Below, piece after piece: positions 8,829-17,948 of a stretch of DNA of 54,445 nt. This stretch comes from Steroidobacteraceae bacterium (GTDB lineage Bacteria; Pseudomonadota; Gammaproteobacteria; Steroidobacterales; Steroidobacteraceae), in assembly GCA_044351225.1 (NCBI GenBank), contig JBILGD010000001.1, forward strand, positions 1-54,445. The letters are read 5' to 3'. Both the position numbers and the translations under genes were made by a program. The stretch's first letter is position 1. Each line of letters begins with the position of its first letter. The notes beneath the pieces were generated by a model. The model made no database searches. It was not told where the DNA came from and saw only the letters and a list, made by a program, of their open reading frames with translations.

Positions 8829-9626
8829 ATGTCCACTGCATCTTCAACAGCCTTCAAACCGATGATGGCGCGCGGTCGCCGGCTGGGCGAGGGCGAGACG
8901 CCCGCTGTTTGCATGCCACTGGTCGGGTCTGCTTGCACGAGTCTGCTCGCTGAAATCAGGGCTTTGCTGCCGCAGCAGCCCGATGTGTTCGAGTGGCGTG
9001 CGGATCATTTCGAGAGTCTTGCCTCGCTCGAGACAGTGACGGAGACGGCGCTGGCTTTGCGCCGCGCCTTGGGTGATGTCCCGCTGATCTTCACCCTGCG
9101 TTCGGTGCGTGAGGGCGGCATGCCGCAGACGCTCGATGAGCGATACGCGTTGGCGCTTGTGCAGAAAATGGCATGCTCGACTTTGTTCGATTTCATTGAT
9201 CTCGAACTCGCGACGGACGAGCAGTCTTTGCGTCCCCTCGTCAGGTCGGCGCAAGAGTCCGGTACCCAGGTCATTCTGTCGTCGCATGATTTCGTCGCGA
9301 CGCCGCCAAGCGCTGCGCTGCACGAGCGCTTGCGGCGCGCCAAGTCGCTAGGTGCCGATGTGGCCAAGATCGCCGTGATGCCGGTCGATTCGTCGGACGT
9401 GTTGCGCTTGATGGAGGTTACGCGCGAGGCGCGACATGCGCTCGACCTGCCACTCGTGACCATGGCGATGGGATCGCTCGGTGTGGCGAGCCGGGCGGTC
9501 GGACATCTCTTCGGTTCGTCGATGACGTTCGCTGCGGGGCTTGTAGCCTCTGCGCCAGGTCAGTTGTCGATCGAGGAGCTGCGCGAAATCTTTGGCATTC
9601 TCAGATCGAGAAACCTGTCTCGCTGA
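8829..9626 (+). CDS. aroD: type I 3-dehydroquinate dehydratase
   Basis: Collinear with E. coli AroD: FEWRADHF, IFTLRSVREGG, DLEL, SSHDF (catalytic His), AKIAVMP (Schiff-base Lys), APGQLSIEEL. The exact start is uncertain (alternative ATGs about 33 nt downstream). Confidence 0.85.
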   Translation: MSTASSTAFKPMMARGRRLGEGETPAVCMPLVGSACTSLLAEIRALLPQQPDVFEWRADHFESLASLETVTETALALRRALGDVPLIFTLRSVREGGMPQTLDERYALALVQKMACSTLFDFIDLELATDEQSLRPLVRSAQESGTQVILSSHDFVATPPSAALHERLRRAKSLGADVAKIAVMPVDSSDVLRLMEVTREARHALDLPLVTMAMGSLGVASRAVGHLFGSSMTFAAGLVASAPGQLSIEELREIFGILRSRNLSR

Positions 9627-11790
9627 TCGGCAATTGGCGGATGCGCTGGCCGGTTGCGGTGAATACCGCGTTGCAGACGGCGGGTGCCACGGGTGGCAAC
9701 ACCGGTTCGCCAAGACCCGTGGGCGGGTATTCGCTTTCGATGAAATGGATATCGATGCGCGGGTCGCTGCCGATGCGTCGCAATGGATAACGATCGAAGT
9801 TCGTTTCCTGGACCACGCCATTCACGTAGGTGAGTTTCTGCGCAGCCATCGCGCTCAGGCCGTCGATGACCGAGCCTTGACACTGCGATTCGGCGCCACT
9901 GAGGTTGATGATGGGCCCAACGTCCACGGCCACCGTGACGGCGTGCACGGTGATGCGCCGCGCGGCATCGACGCTGACCTCGGCAACCTCTGCCACATGT
10001 GCGGCGTGGCTGAAATAAAAGGCGAGACCCAGCGCGCGGCCTTTGGGTCGACGAGCGCCCCAGCCGGCTTTTTCGGCGGCAAGCTTGAGTACTGCCGCGG
10101 CGCGTCCCGTGTTGAGGGCACCCGGTGTAGCCGGTGGTAGCCAGCGGGGTTCGCCGAGTAACTCGAGCAGGAACTCGAGGTGATCGCGTCCTGCGGCGAC
10201 CGACATTTCATGCAGGAAGCTCTGCAGCGGGAAGGCGAAGACGCTCGCGCCGGGCGCACGCCAGAATCCGCAAGGCGAGGTCCAGGGCAGAACGCTGCGC
10301 GTGACGCGCAGGTTGGGCATGAGCGGCGCGAAGTCTTCTTCGGCGCGCAGCGTGCCACCGGCGACGATGCGCTTACCGTCGGGCGAGAATGTGACTTGAT
10401 GCGCATGCCAGGCGGTAGCGCGACCGCGCTCATCGAGCGCTCCTTTAAGCGAGACAAGACCGCCGGCGCGAACGAGATCGTTGCGCATGTCGTCTTCGCG
10501 GGTCCATTGCAGTTTGACCGGCGCCTTGAGGCGCTGCGAGATCGCAGCGGCCTCGCAGCTGACATCGTTGTTAAGACGCCGACCAAAGCCGCCACCCACG
10601 CGTTGCGGGTGAATCAGCACTTGGGTCTCCGGTACGCCCAGCACCTTGGCGACGGCGGACTGCGCGCGCTGCGGCGTCTGGCTGGGCGGCCACACCTCGA
10701 CCGACCCATCGGCCTTGACCCAGGCGGTGCAGACTTGTGGCTCGAGTTGAGCGTGCGAGACGAAGGCATAGCTGAAATCGCTCGCGAGCGTGCGTTTTGC
10801 CGTGCGCATGGCCGTGGCCACATCACCGCGTTCGCCCACAACCTCGGCGCCATCGGCCTTGGCGAGCTCGCGCGCACGGGCGAGTGCGCTTGACCAATCA
10901 TCGTTCGAGGCGCCGCTCTCGTCCCATTCGACGCGGAGTTTTTGTCTGGCGGAGAAGGCGGCCCAGGTGTCACGAGCCACGATCGCCACTCCGGGCTTCA
11001 GCTCGGTCACGTCACCGTTGCCCTCGAGTACGAAGGCGTCAACTACCCCGGGCTCGCGCTTGATCTCATCAAGATTGGCCGAGCGCACCCGGCCGCCGAT
11101 GCGCGGGCACTTTACATAAGCCGCGTAGAGCATGTCGGTCACACGCACGTCGATCGCGTAGGTCGGGCGACCCGTAACGAGCTTGCGCCCGTCGACGGCA
11201 GGCACGCGAGTATTGAGCAGACGGTATTCGGCTCGCGTCTTCAGACGCACGCTTTCGGGATCGGGAACGGGCAGCGTTGCGGCGAGGGCCGCGAGTTCGC
11301 GGTAGTGCGCGCTGCGGTTACTGGCCGCGTGCGTAACGCGGCTGTCGCGCGTCTTGCATTCGGCCGCCGGTACACCCCAGGCGCGCGCAGCGGCCTCGAC
11401 CAACATGGCACGTGCCACGGCGCCCGCCTTGCGCATCGGGTTCCAGTTGCGTGGGGTGGCGGTGGAGCCGCCGGCGGTCTGAATGCCGTATTTTTTTTGA
11501 TCGATGGGTGAGACGCGCACTTCGACGTCCGCCCAGGCGGCATCGAGTTCTTCGGCGAGGATCATCGGGATCGAAGTCTTCACGCCTTGGCCGATCTCGG
11601 GTTGCGTAGCAAAGATCACGATGCCCGCTGAGGAGATTTCGACGAAGGCATTGGGCACCAGAGGTCCACCGCCCTCGGCGGACTCCGCCGAACTGACTCC
11701 GAGTACGAGGCCCGCGCTGGCGATACCGGTGAGTTGAAGGAAAACCCGGCGGTCGATGCGCTCGATTCGCCATGCAGAATGAGTGGTCAT
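9601..11790 (-). CDS. molybdopterin-binding oxidoreductase large subunit (IorB / aldehyde oxidase-xanthine dehydrogenase family), Tat-exported
   Basis: Start set at ATG 11790 ([32 protein letters not shown] is a twin-arginine signal). This gives an ATGA overlap with the upstream 2Fe-2S subunit stop. Family-typical blocks: [45 protein letters not shown]. Confidence 0.85.
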   Translation of the reverse strand: MTTHSAWRIERIDRRVFLQLTGIASAGLVLGVSSAESAEGGGPLVPNAFVEISSAGIVIFATQPEIGQGVKTSIPMILAEELDAAWADVEVRVSPIDQKKYGIQTAGGSTATPRNWNPMRKAGAVARAMLVEAAARAWGVPAAECKTRDSRVTHAASNRSAHYRELAALAATLPVPDPESVRLKTRAEYRLLNTRVPAVDGRKLVTGRPTYAIDVRVTDMLYAAYVKCPRIGGRVRSANLDEIKREPGVVDAFVLEGNGDVTELKPGVAIVARDTWAAFSARQKLRVEWDESGASNDDWSSALARARELAKADGAEVVGERGDVATAMRTAKRTLASDFSYAFVSHAQLEPQVCTAWVKADGSVEVWPPSQTPQRAQSAVAKVLGVPETQVLIHPQRVGGGFGRRLNNDVSCEAAAISQRLKAPVKLQWTREDDMRNDLVRAGGLVSLKGALDERGRATAWHAHQVTFSPDGKRIVAGGTLRAEEDFAPLMPNLRVTRSVLPWTSPCGFWRAPGASVFAFPLQSFLHEMSVAAGRDHLEFLLELLGEPRWLPPATPGALNTGRAAAVLKLAAEKAGWGARRPKGRALGLAFYFSHAAHVAEVAEVSVDAARRITVHAVTVAVDVGPIINLSGAESQCQGSVIDGLSAMAAQKLTYVNGVVQETNFDRYPLRRIGSDPRIDIHFIESEYPPTGLGEPVLPPVAPAVCNAVFTATGQRIRQLPISETGFSI

Positions 11791-12269
11791 GCCTTGTCTC
11801 CGGCCAGGGTGGCGGCGGCCGCATGGATGGCCTTGCGAATACGCAGGTAAGTGCCGCAGCGGCAAACATTACCCGCCATCGCTGCATCGATGTCGGCATC
11901 GGTGGGTTTGGGTTGTCGCGACAGCAAGGCGACCGCGCTCATGATCTGCCCGGATTGGCAGTAGCCACATTGGGCGACATCGAGTTCCACCCAGGCTTTT
12001 TGCACGGCGTGCAGCGTGCCGTCCGCTCGCTCGAGCCCCTCGATGGTGGTGATGGCCCGCCCGGTGACCACCGACGCCGGTACCGAGCAGGCGCGAATCG
12101 GCTCGCCATCGAGGTGCACTGTACAAGCGCCGCACTGTGCCAGACCGCAACCAAAGCGTGTGCCGACGAGACCGAGGCGATCGCGCAGCACCCAGAGCAG
12201 GGGCATATCGACGGGGATATCTTCGAGCGTGTGGCGTGTTCCGTTGACGGTCAGTTCGACGTTTGGCAT
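11787..12269 (-). CDS. (2Fe-2S)-binding small subunit of the Mo-hydroxylase (IorA-like)
   Basis: [15 protein letters not shown]..., with cysteine clusters [12 protein letters not shown] and CQSGQ...NVCRCGTY. Start chosen at ATG 12269 (AGGA 10 nt upstream); the ORF-track start 12299 is possible. Confidence 0.85.
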   Translation of the reverse strand: MPNVELTVNGTRHTLEDIPVDMPLLWVLRDRLGLVGTRFGCGLAQCGACTVHLDGEPIRACSVPASVVTGRAITTIEGLERADGTLHAVQKAWVELDVAQCGYCQSGQIMSAVALLSRQPKPTDADIDAAMAGNVCRCGTYLRIRKAIHAAAATLAGDKA

Positions 12270-12341
12270 GTCGGCGGATTCCTGCAGCGTGCGCCCCAAA
12301 GATTATCGGAGCCGTGACACGTGAACGAACGGAATTGGATA

Positions 12342-13457
12342 TCAGACGAGCGCGACGCGCAAGCCGTTCCGACGCAAGCGCGGGAAATCGAGTTGCAGAA
12401 GTGAGGCGGCGTCCATTTTTGCGAGCCAGTCCTTGAGCAAGGACCGATCCGGCGCCCCGAGCGCCGCGGCTACATCGAGGTAGCGCTGCGCCATCCACAG
12501 CGAGTAGGGCATCGCCGCGCGACGGAACCGACCATCGCCCATTGGCATCTCGACGTCCGCAAGGACGCGGGGCAGGGGTTTGCCGGGCGGAAAGCGCGCG
12601 GCGAGATCGCGGACTTGTTGCGCGATGCCGCGCAGCTGTTCGCCGAATTCGGTTGCGATCAGCGCGATGATTGGCTCGAGCGTGGGCGCGATGAAGTCAT
12701 CGGCGAGCCACGTTGCGGTGGGCTTGGCGAGCGCGGGGTCGCAAGCGGGGTTCGCCATGCGCTCGATCCATGCGCGCAATCTTGGGCGCGGTTCGATAAA
12801 GACCCTTTTTGGCCACGGATCGCGCCCGAGGTGGGCGTACATCGGCCCGGCAAAGGCAAAGTCCGCAAGACTCGGGCGCGCGCCGAGCAAGTAGGGGTGG
12901 ACAGCAAAGTGCGCCTCAAAAAGATCAAGCGTGGTGTGGGTCCAGCGATCCATCATCGCCAGTTGCTGCGGTCGCACGCCGACCACCGGCAAGTAGCCGC
13001 GCAGCCGTTGGGCGATCGCGGCGGCGGCTCGTCGTTGCAGCGCGCGCGGCCACCCCGGCAGCAGCGCCTCACCCGCCTCGCGCTCGAACAGCGCGTAATT
13101 TTCGGGGTAACTCCAGCGCGTGTGCATGGCGAGCGGGATCCACCATTCATCGGCCCACGCTTCGAGCAACAGGGCGGCAAAGCGCTGACGAGGCGTGTCG
13201 GGCAACACCGGGCGTTCGAGAAATCTTTGCTCGAGTTGGTCGATGATCTCGCTTGAGTCCTGCAGCCAATCACCCTCGGGCGTATGTAGGACCGGCATCA
13301 CCACTACGCCGGTCCGACGACGGATGGTGACCATCAGGGTCCACAGATCGACCGCTTCGTCGTCGAATGGCACGCCCTTGTGCGCAAGATAACAGCGCAC
13401 CTTGGCCGAAAAATAGGAGAGGTGCCAGCCGTACAGCGTGTAGCGATCACTAGTCAT
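12342..13457 (-). CDS. glutathione S-transferase family protein (long form)
   Basis: The N-terminal thioredoxin-like GST_N pattern is YTLYGWHLSYFSAKVRCYLAHKGVPF...VMPVLHTPEGDWLQDSSEIIDQLE. A helical C-terminal domain follows. 371 aa. Confidence 0.7.
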   Translation of the reverse strand: MTSDRYTLYGWHLSYFSAKVRCYLAHKGVPFDDEAVDLWTLMVTIRRRTGVVVMPVLHTPEGDWLQDSSEIIDQLEQRFLERPVLPDTPRQRFAALLLEAWADEWWIPLAMHTRWSYPENYALFEREAGEALLPGWPRALQRRAAAAIAQRLRGYLPVVGVRPQQLAMMDRWTHTTLDLFEAHFAVHPYLLGARPSLADFAFAGPMYAHLGRDPWPKRVFIEPRPRLRAWIERMANPACDPALAKPTATWLADDFIAPTLEPIIALIATEFGEQLRGIAQQVRDLAARFPPGKPLPRVLADVEMPMGDGRFRRAAMPYSLWMAQRYLDVAAALGAPDRSLLKDWLAKMDAASLLQLDFPRLRRNGLRVALV

Positions 13458-13478
13458 GCGCGGGGGCGACTCATGTAC

Positions 13479-15176
13479 TCAGTTCGAAAAGTAGATGTAG
13501 TCTTCGTCCGCTGCCGGCTTTTCTTTCAAGGTGCGATCGATCGGCACGTACATGGCGCCAAGAGACGGCCAGAGGGGTTCAGCCTGTTCCTCATCGAAGC
13601 GCGCAAGCGTTGCCTTCATGGCGCGCAGCCGGTCGGCCTGTGCCGCCGCGAGATTGCGTTGCTCCAGAGGATCGGTCGCGAGGTCGTACAGGCGATCGGT
13701 GCGGGGTAATTGCGTCGATTGCAGTTTCCAGTCGCCTTCGCGCAGCGTCAGATAACGATCCGTACGCCAAAAAATACGCTCATGGGGTGAGCCGCTGCGC
13801 TCGCCTCGCGCGAAGGGCAAAAGATTCACGCCATCGATCACCCGATCCCTCGGCAGGGGCGCACCCGCCGCTGCAGCGGCTGTGGCAAAAAGATCGAAGT
13901 GCACGGCAGGGCCGGACACGGTCTTGCCCTGTGGCAACCCGGCGGGCCAGCGCATGAAAAAAGGCACGCGAATGCCGCCCTCGAAGTAGGTGGCCTTCCA
14001 GCCGCGAAACGGCGCATTGCGTGCACCGAGACTGATGTAGTGCGGTGCCCCGTTGTCACTCGTGAAGAGCACGAGCGTGTTGTCCTCGAGACCCCGCTCG
14101 CGCAGGGCTGCAAGCACCCGTCCGATGCCCCGATCGAGCGAGCGGATCATCGCCGCATAGACACGCAGCGTGTGATCCTCGATGAAAGGCAATGCCGCGT
14201 AATCCTCGCGGGTGGCCTGCAGTGGCGTGTGCGGTGCGTTGTAGGCGAGATGCAGGAAGAAGGGGCGGTGGCGGTTGGCGTCGATGACCTCGATTGCCTG
14301 ATCGGTGAAGTAGTCGGTCAGATATCGATCGGGCTGAAAGACCTCGCCGTCGTTGTAACGCACGCCCCAGGCGCCTGCAGCCCAGAGGAAGCGATCAAGG
14401 GGGTTCAGATCGGTGGCAGCGTTGACGACCCGCGGGTCATCTTCAGGCAGGTACATCGAGGCGCCGTACTGCAAGCTCAAAGATTCGTCGAAGCCCCGTG
14501 CGCTCGCGCGAAATTCGGGTGTTTCGCCGAGGTGCCATTTGCCGATGTGCACCGTGTGATAGCCCGCGCCTTGCAGCAGCTGGCCGAGCGTGATCTCGCC
14601 GGTCGGCAGGCCCATCTGCTCGAACGGCAATTGACTGCGCTCGCGCTCGGCAAAATAAAGCGCCCGACCCTCCGCCTCCTTGCCGCGCGGCGCCGAAGTC
14701 ACGATCTTCATGAAGCGCGGCGCAGTGGGTGTGTACTCGTAGCCCGAGCGCGTGGGGTAGCGGCCGGTCATGATCGCGGCGCGCGAAGGCGCACAGGTCG
14801 CGTTGGCGGAATAGCCCACCGCGAAATTCACGCCGCCTCGGGCAATGCTGTCGATGCTCGGGGTGGGCACACGACCGTCTGCGAGCCCTGGGCCGTGTGC
14901 CGTGAGATCGGCATAGCCCAAATCGTCCACCACGATCAGCACGATGTTCGGCTGGCGCGGCGCGACGGGATTTTCGGGGCGCAGTGACGCCGGGGCGCTC
15001 GCCGGTCCCTGCTGCCACGCGACGTCGCGATAGGGCGCGCTGTCCTCGCGCATCACGTACCGCACAAAGAGCAGCGAGAGGCCGAAGCTGCCGCCCAGTG
15101 CGCGAAAGCCGATCAGCAGCAACGCAGCGAGAGCGAGCGTCGCCAGCAAAATCTTTGTCATGCGGTTCGCTTGCAT
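13479..15176 (-). CDS. Cys-type sulfatase (arylsulfatase family), N-terminal membrane anchor
   Basis: PNIVLIVVDDLGYADL, the formylglycine signature C-A-P-S-R (ATCAPSRAAIMTGRYP), GKWHLG, FTSDNG. The ATG overlaps the upstream stop by 1 nt (TGATG at 15174-15178, read on the minus strand). Confidence 0.85.
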   Translation of the reverse strand: MQANRMTKILLATLALAALLLIGFRALGGSFGLSLLFVRYVMREDSAPYRDVAWQQGPASAPASLRPENPVAPRQPNIVLIVVDDLGYADLTAHGPGLADGRVPTPSIDSIARGGVNFAVGYSANATCAPSRAAIMTGRYPTRSGYEYTPTAPRFMKIVTSAPRGKEAEGRALYFAERERSQLPFEQMGLPTGEITLGQLLQGAGYHTVHIGKWHLGETPEFRASARGFDESLSLQYGASMYLPEDDPRVVNAATDLNPLDRFLWAAGAWGVRYNDGEVFQPDRYLTDYFTDQAIEVIDANRHRPFFLHLAYNAPHTPLQATREDYAALPFIEDHTLRVYAAMIRSLDRGIGRVLAALRERGLEDNTLVLFTSDNGAPHYISLGARNAPFRGWKATYFEGGIRVPFFMRWPAGLPQGKTVSGPAVHFDLFATAAAAAGAPLPRDRVIDGVNLLPFARGERSGSPHERIFWRTDRYLTLREGDWKLQSTQLPRTDRLYDLATDPLEQRNLAAAQADRLRAMKATLARFDEEQAEPLWPSLGAMYVPIDRTLKEKPAADEDYIYFSN

Positions 15177-16375
15177 CAGGCGCCCCGAGCGGGTTGCGTA
15201 CCGCGCAGCAGCACGGTGATCAGGTCCTCTTCCACCATCCAGAGCCTATCTTGTCCCCACACCGCCGGGAATCCTTCGACTCGGAATGCCGGTACGCCCC
15301 AGAGGCCATGACCCGCGAGGTCCGTACGATGACCCTCGGCGATCTCGCGCCAATGCGTGCTGGCAAGTGCGTGCTCGACATCGCGAGCGGCGAGTCCGGC
15401 GCGCTCGGCAAGCAAGGCCATCCCCGCGGCGGAGCCTGCATCGATGCCTTCGGCGAATGCACCACGCAGAAAAGAGTGCAGAAACGCCTCGCCGCAACCG
15501 AGTTCGATGGCCTGCTGCAGCACGGCAAGGCCGCGTTCGGTGGGCCGGCCCACTGGATCTACGATGTCGCCGAAGGGCAGACCGAGACGCGTGGCCTCGC
15601 GCTTGGTGTCGAGCAGAATGTATCGACGCTTGATCCAAGGCACTGGCAAGCCACGCATGACCATCGGCAGCAGGTAATCGATGCGCAGTTCAGCCCCGTA
15701 GTGCTCGGCGAGTCGGCAGACGCGATCAACGGCAAGCCAGGTGTACGGGCTGCGCAATGAACAAAAGAAATGCAGGATAGGTCGAGTGGTTGCGGGTGGC
15801 ACATGTCGCCACTGCAGCGCGGGCGGCGGGAACAGCGGTCGGATCGCCGCATCCGTTGCAACGCAGGCGAGTCCTGCGGCGCAGAGTCGCGCCTCGAGAT
15901 AGTGCAGGCGATCGAGCCCCCAGTACCACTCGCCTTCAAAATAAAACATCGCCCCGAGATAATGGCCGAGCCGCTCGCGCAGTCGTCGGCCGCGCTCGCG
16001 ATCGGCGGGTGAGTCGGCGGCAATCTGGGGTGATTCGTTGGTGCTCGCCATGGCAAGCCCGAAGTGACCCGCCCAGCGCGCGGCATCCCGCTGCGACCAG
16101 ACTGCGAGCGCCGCGGCCTGCGGCGCAGCCCGTTCGTCGGGGGGCGGCACGGGGTGACAGCGCAGCGTGATGCGATACCGTTGCTGCAGCGCTTCGAGTT
16201 GCGTGGCGGCGAGCTGGCTGTAGGGATCGTCGAACTGGTGAAAGTAATGCACCACCGCGGGTCGGGCTGCGAGCCGTCGATGCACGGCGTAAAGATTGCG
16301 TTGCAATCTTTGGCGTCGCTCGCTCGTGACGAGACGGGCTACCGTACGTCCGAGTGTGCTGCGCAGATTGCTCAC
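15176..16375 (-). CDS. tandem 2-hydroxychromene-2-carboxylate isomerase / DsbA-like (GST-kappa-like) protein
   Basis: Two thioredoxin-fold halves begin VVHYFHQFDDPYSQLAA and ILHFFCSLRSPYTWLAV. This is the S/D-P-Y motif of the HCCA-isomerase family in place of CxxC. The C-terminus ...GLWGVPAFRVEG...WGQDRL is typical of the family. Confidence 0.65.
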   Translation of the reverse strand: MSNLRSTLGRTVARLVTSERRQRLQRNLYAVHRRLAARPAVVHYFHQFDDPYSQLAATQLEALQQRYRITLRCHPVPPPDERAAPQAAALAVWSQRDAARWAGHFGLAMASTNESPQIAADSPADRERGRRLRERLGHYLGAMFYFEGEWYWGLDRLHYLEARLCAAGLACVATDAAIRPLFPPPALQWRHVPPATTRPILHFFCSLRSPYTWLAVDRVCRLAEHYGAELRIDYLLPMVMRGLPVPWIKRRYILLDTKREATRLGLPFGDIVDPVGRPTERGLAVLQQAIELGCGEAFLHSFLRGAFAEGIDAGSAAGMALLAERAGLAARDVEHALASTHWREIAEGHRTDLAGHGLWGVPAFRVEGFPAVWGQDRLWMVEEDLITVLLRGTQPARGA

Positions 16376-16404
16376 GGGAGGCTCACGGCGTGCGTGCGTC
16401 GCAG

Positions 16405-17493
16405 TCAGCGGCGATCGACAATGGCCGTCGAACCGGCGGGCAGGGTGAACCAGTCGCCATCGACGCCGACCCGAATCGGACCGTCAAAGCGCTCTCGAGC
16501 CTCGCCGAGGAACGCGGATTCGAGCGCATCCACCGGCAGCGGCGGCACGATATGGTTGAACACCAGCATTTTCACGCCGGCGCGCGCGGCGATGGCCGCA
16601 GCGTCTTCGGGTGCGGTGTGATAGTTGCGGATATCGGCCATGACTTGTGCGTAAGAAAGGCGTGCGTGCTTGGCGAAGCCGCTCTCCATGAGTTTCACGA
16701 GTCTCGGTGACAGGCCTTCGTGGATCAGCAGGTCGACGCCTTGAGATTCGCGCTCGACCGCGGCGCTCGCGACCGTGTCGCCGCTCAGCACCACCGTACG
16801 TCCCTTGTAGGCAATGCGATAACCCACGGCGGGCTTCACGGGTCCATGATCCACCTCAAACGCGACCAACTGTAGTTCCGGCGTGTCGATGAGGAGCGCG
16901 CGGCCGTCGGCACCCAGCGTGAACTGCCGCGCGAGGCCGCGACCACCGGCCGGCGGCACGATGGCCTCGCCATGGTGCAGGACGCGATAGTCGTGATCCG
17001 CCGCAAAGGCCTCGGCCAGTCCGTCGATCACCCGCGTGACCCCGGGTGGTCCGAAAATCGGTAGCGGTTCCGGCGACGAGGCAGCCACCCAGCGCTGCAG
17101 TACGAGGTCGGCGAGCCCGCCGATGTGATCGGAGTGAAAGTGGGTGAGGAACACGGCCTCAATCTGCCCGGGGTTCAAGCGCATGCGCGAGAGCACGGCC
17201 GCGCTGCCCGGTCCAGCGTCGAAGATGAACATCCGTCGACCTGCGATCACCACCGTGCAGGGTCCACCGTGACGGGCGTCGACCATGGGCGAGCCTGTAC
17301 CGCACAAGCCGACATGCAGGCCATCGGGGAGTGCGCCGAGCGGATCGGCGAGCGCGGCGAGCTGATCGATCTGGCGCTCGGCGAGGCGCAGGGCGATAGG
17401 ACCGCGCAGGCCGTAGAGCAACAGGCCGATGACGATTACTGCGGCACCGACGCCTAGCAGCGCCCGATGCCAACGACGAGGAGCATTAGACAT
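16405..17493 (-). CDS. MBL-fold metallo-hydrolase (RNase Z/ElaC-like), membrane anchored
   Basis: HFHSDHIGG metal motif. Start moved to ATG 17493 (MSNAPRRWHRALLGVGAAVIVIGLLLY gives a TM anchor). The upstream 55 codons of the track ORF are Arg/Gly-rich and non-protein-like. Confidence 0.8.
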   Translation of the reverse strand: MSNAPRRWHRALLGVGAAVIVIGLLLYGLRGPIALRLAERQIDQLAALADPLGALPDGLHVGLCGTGSPMVDARHGGPCTVVIAGRRMFIFDAGPGSAAVLSRMRLNPGQIEAVFLTHFHSDHIGGLADLVLQRWVAASSPEPLPIFGPPGVTRVIDGLAEAFAADHDYRVLHHGEAIVPPAGGRGLARQFTLGADGRALLIDTPELQLVAFEVDHGPVKPAVGYRIAYKGRTVVLSGDTVASAAVERESQGVDLLIHEGLSPRLVKLMESGFAKHARLSYAQVMADIRNYHTAPEDAAAIAARAGVKMLVFNHIVPPLPVDALESAFLGEARERFDGPIRVGVDGDWFTLPAGSTAIVDRR

Positions 17494-17546
17494 GGATCGG
17501 CAGACTAACCGATCCGCCGTCCGCCCATCCCATCCCCGTGACGGGC

Positions 17547-17861
17547 TCAGCGGCGGTGTCGTTCCAAGTGGGCGTCCACCAGAGTGTCGATCGACTTGTC
17601 GACGGTCATCAGATCTTTTTCGGCAGAATCGATCAGCGCGCAGACCGCCGGCGCCCACTTGGCGCTGATGCCATTGCCACTCTGCAGCGTCTCGTGCAGC
17701 AGATGGAGCACACCGCGGATCCGCAGGGCAGATTGGTGCATGGCCGAGAGTTCCTCTTCAACGGCGAGCGCCGAGGCAGGGCGGGTGCGTCGGGGTACGG
17801 CCCGCAGCGTCGTCACGGGGTCGTGGGTCAGGGTGTCGTTGTCGGTGTTATGCGTGTTCAT
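17547..17861 (-). CDS. hypothetical 104-aa protein (no recognised family)
   Basis: Complete ORF with strongly G/C-ending codons like neighbouring genes. It heads the minus-strand gene run and is masked in the track by a spurious 5' extension of the kinase ORF on the other strand. Confidence 0.55.
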   Translation of the reverse strand: MNTHNTDNDTLTHDPVTTLRAVPRRTRPASALAVEEELSAMHQSALRIRGVLHLLHETLQSGNGISAKWAPAVCALIDSAEKDLMTVDKSIDTLVDAHLERHRR

Positions 17862-17948
17862 GTGAGGGATTGTCCGCGAGGCCGATCGGTACCATCATTT
17901 CCTGCCGCACACTTCACATTGCTCGCCGCACCGACAGTTCCGTTTCGG

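Noticed and set aside
9601-9626. 26-nt convergent overlap of the aroD and IorB-like 3' ends
   Set aside because: It is real in the sequence but unremarkable. Short convergent overlaps are common in compact GC-rich genomes, and no hairpin or repeat is associated with it.
9592-10140. Plus-strand ORF resembling a second plus-strand ORF at 49377..49988 (…[16 protein letters not shown]… versus …[16 protein letters not shown]…), which might look like a conserved gene pair
   Set aside because: The similarity is inherited from the two paralogous IorB-like genes on the opposite strand. Both ORFs are antisense shadows.
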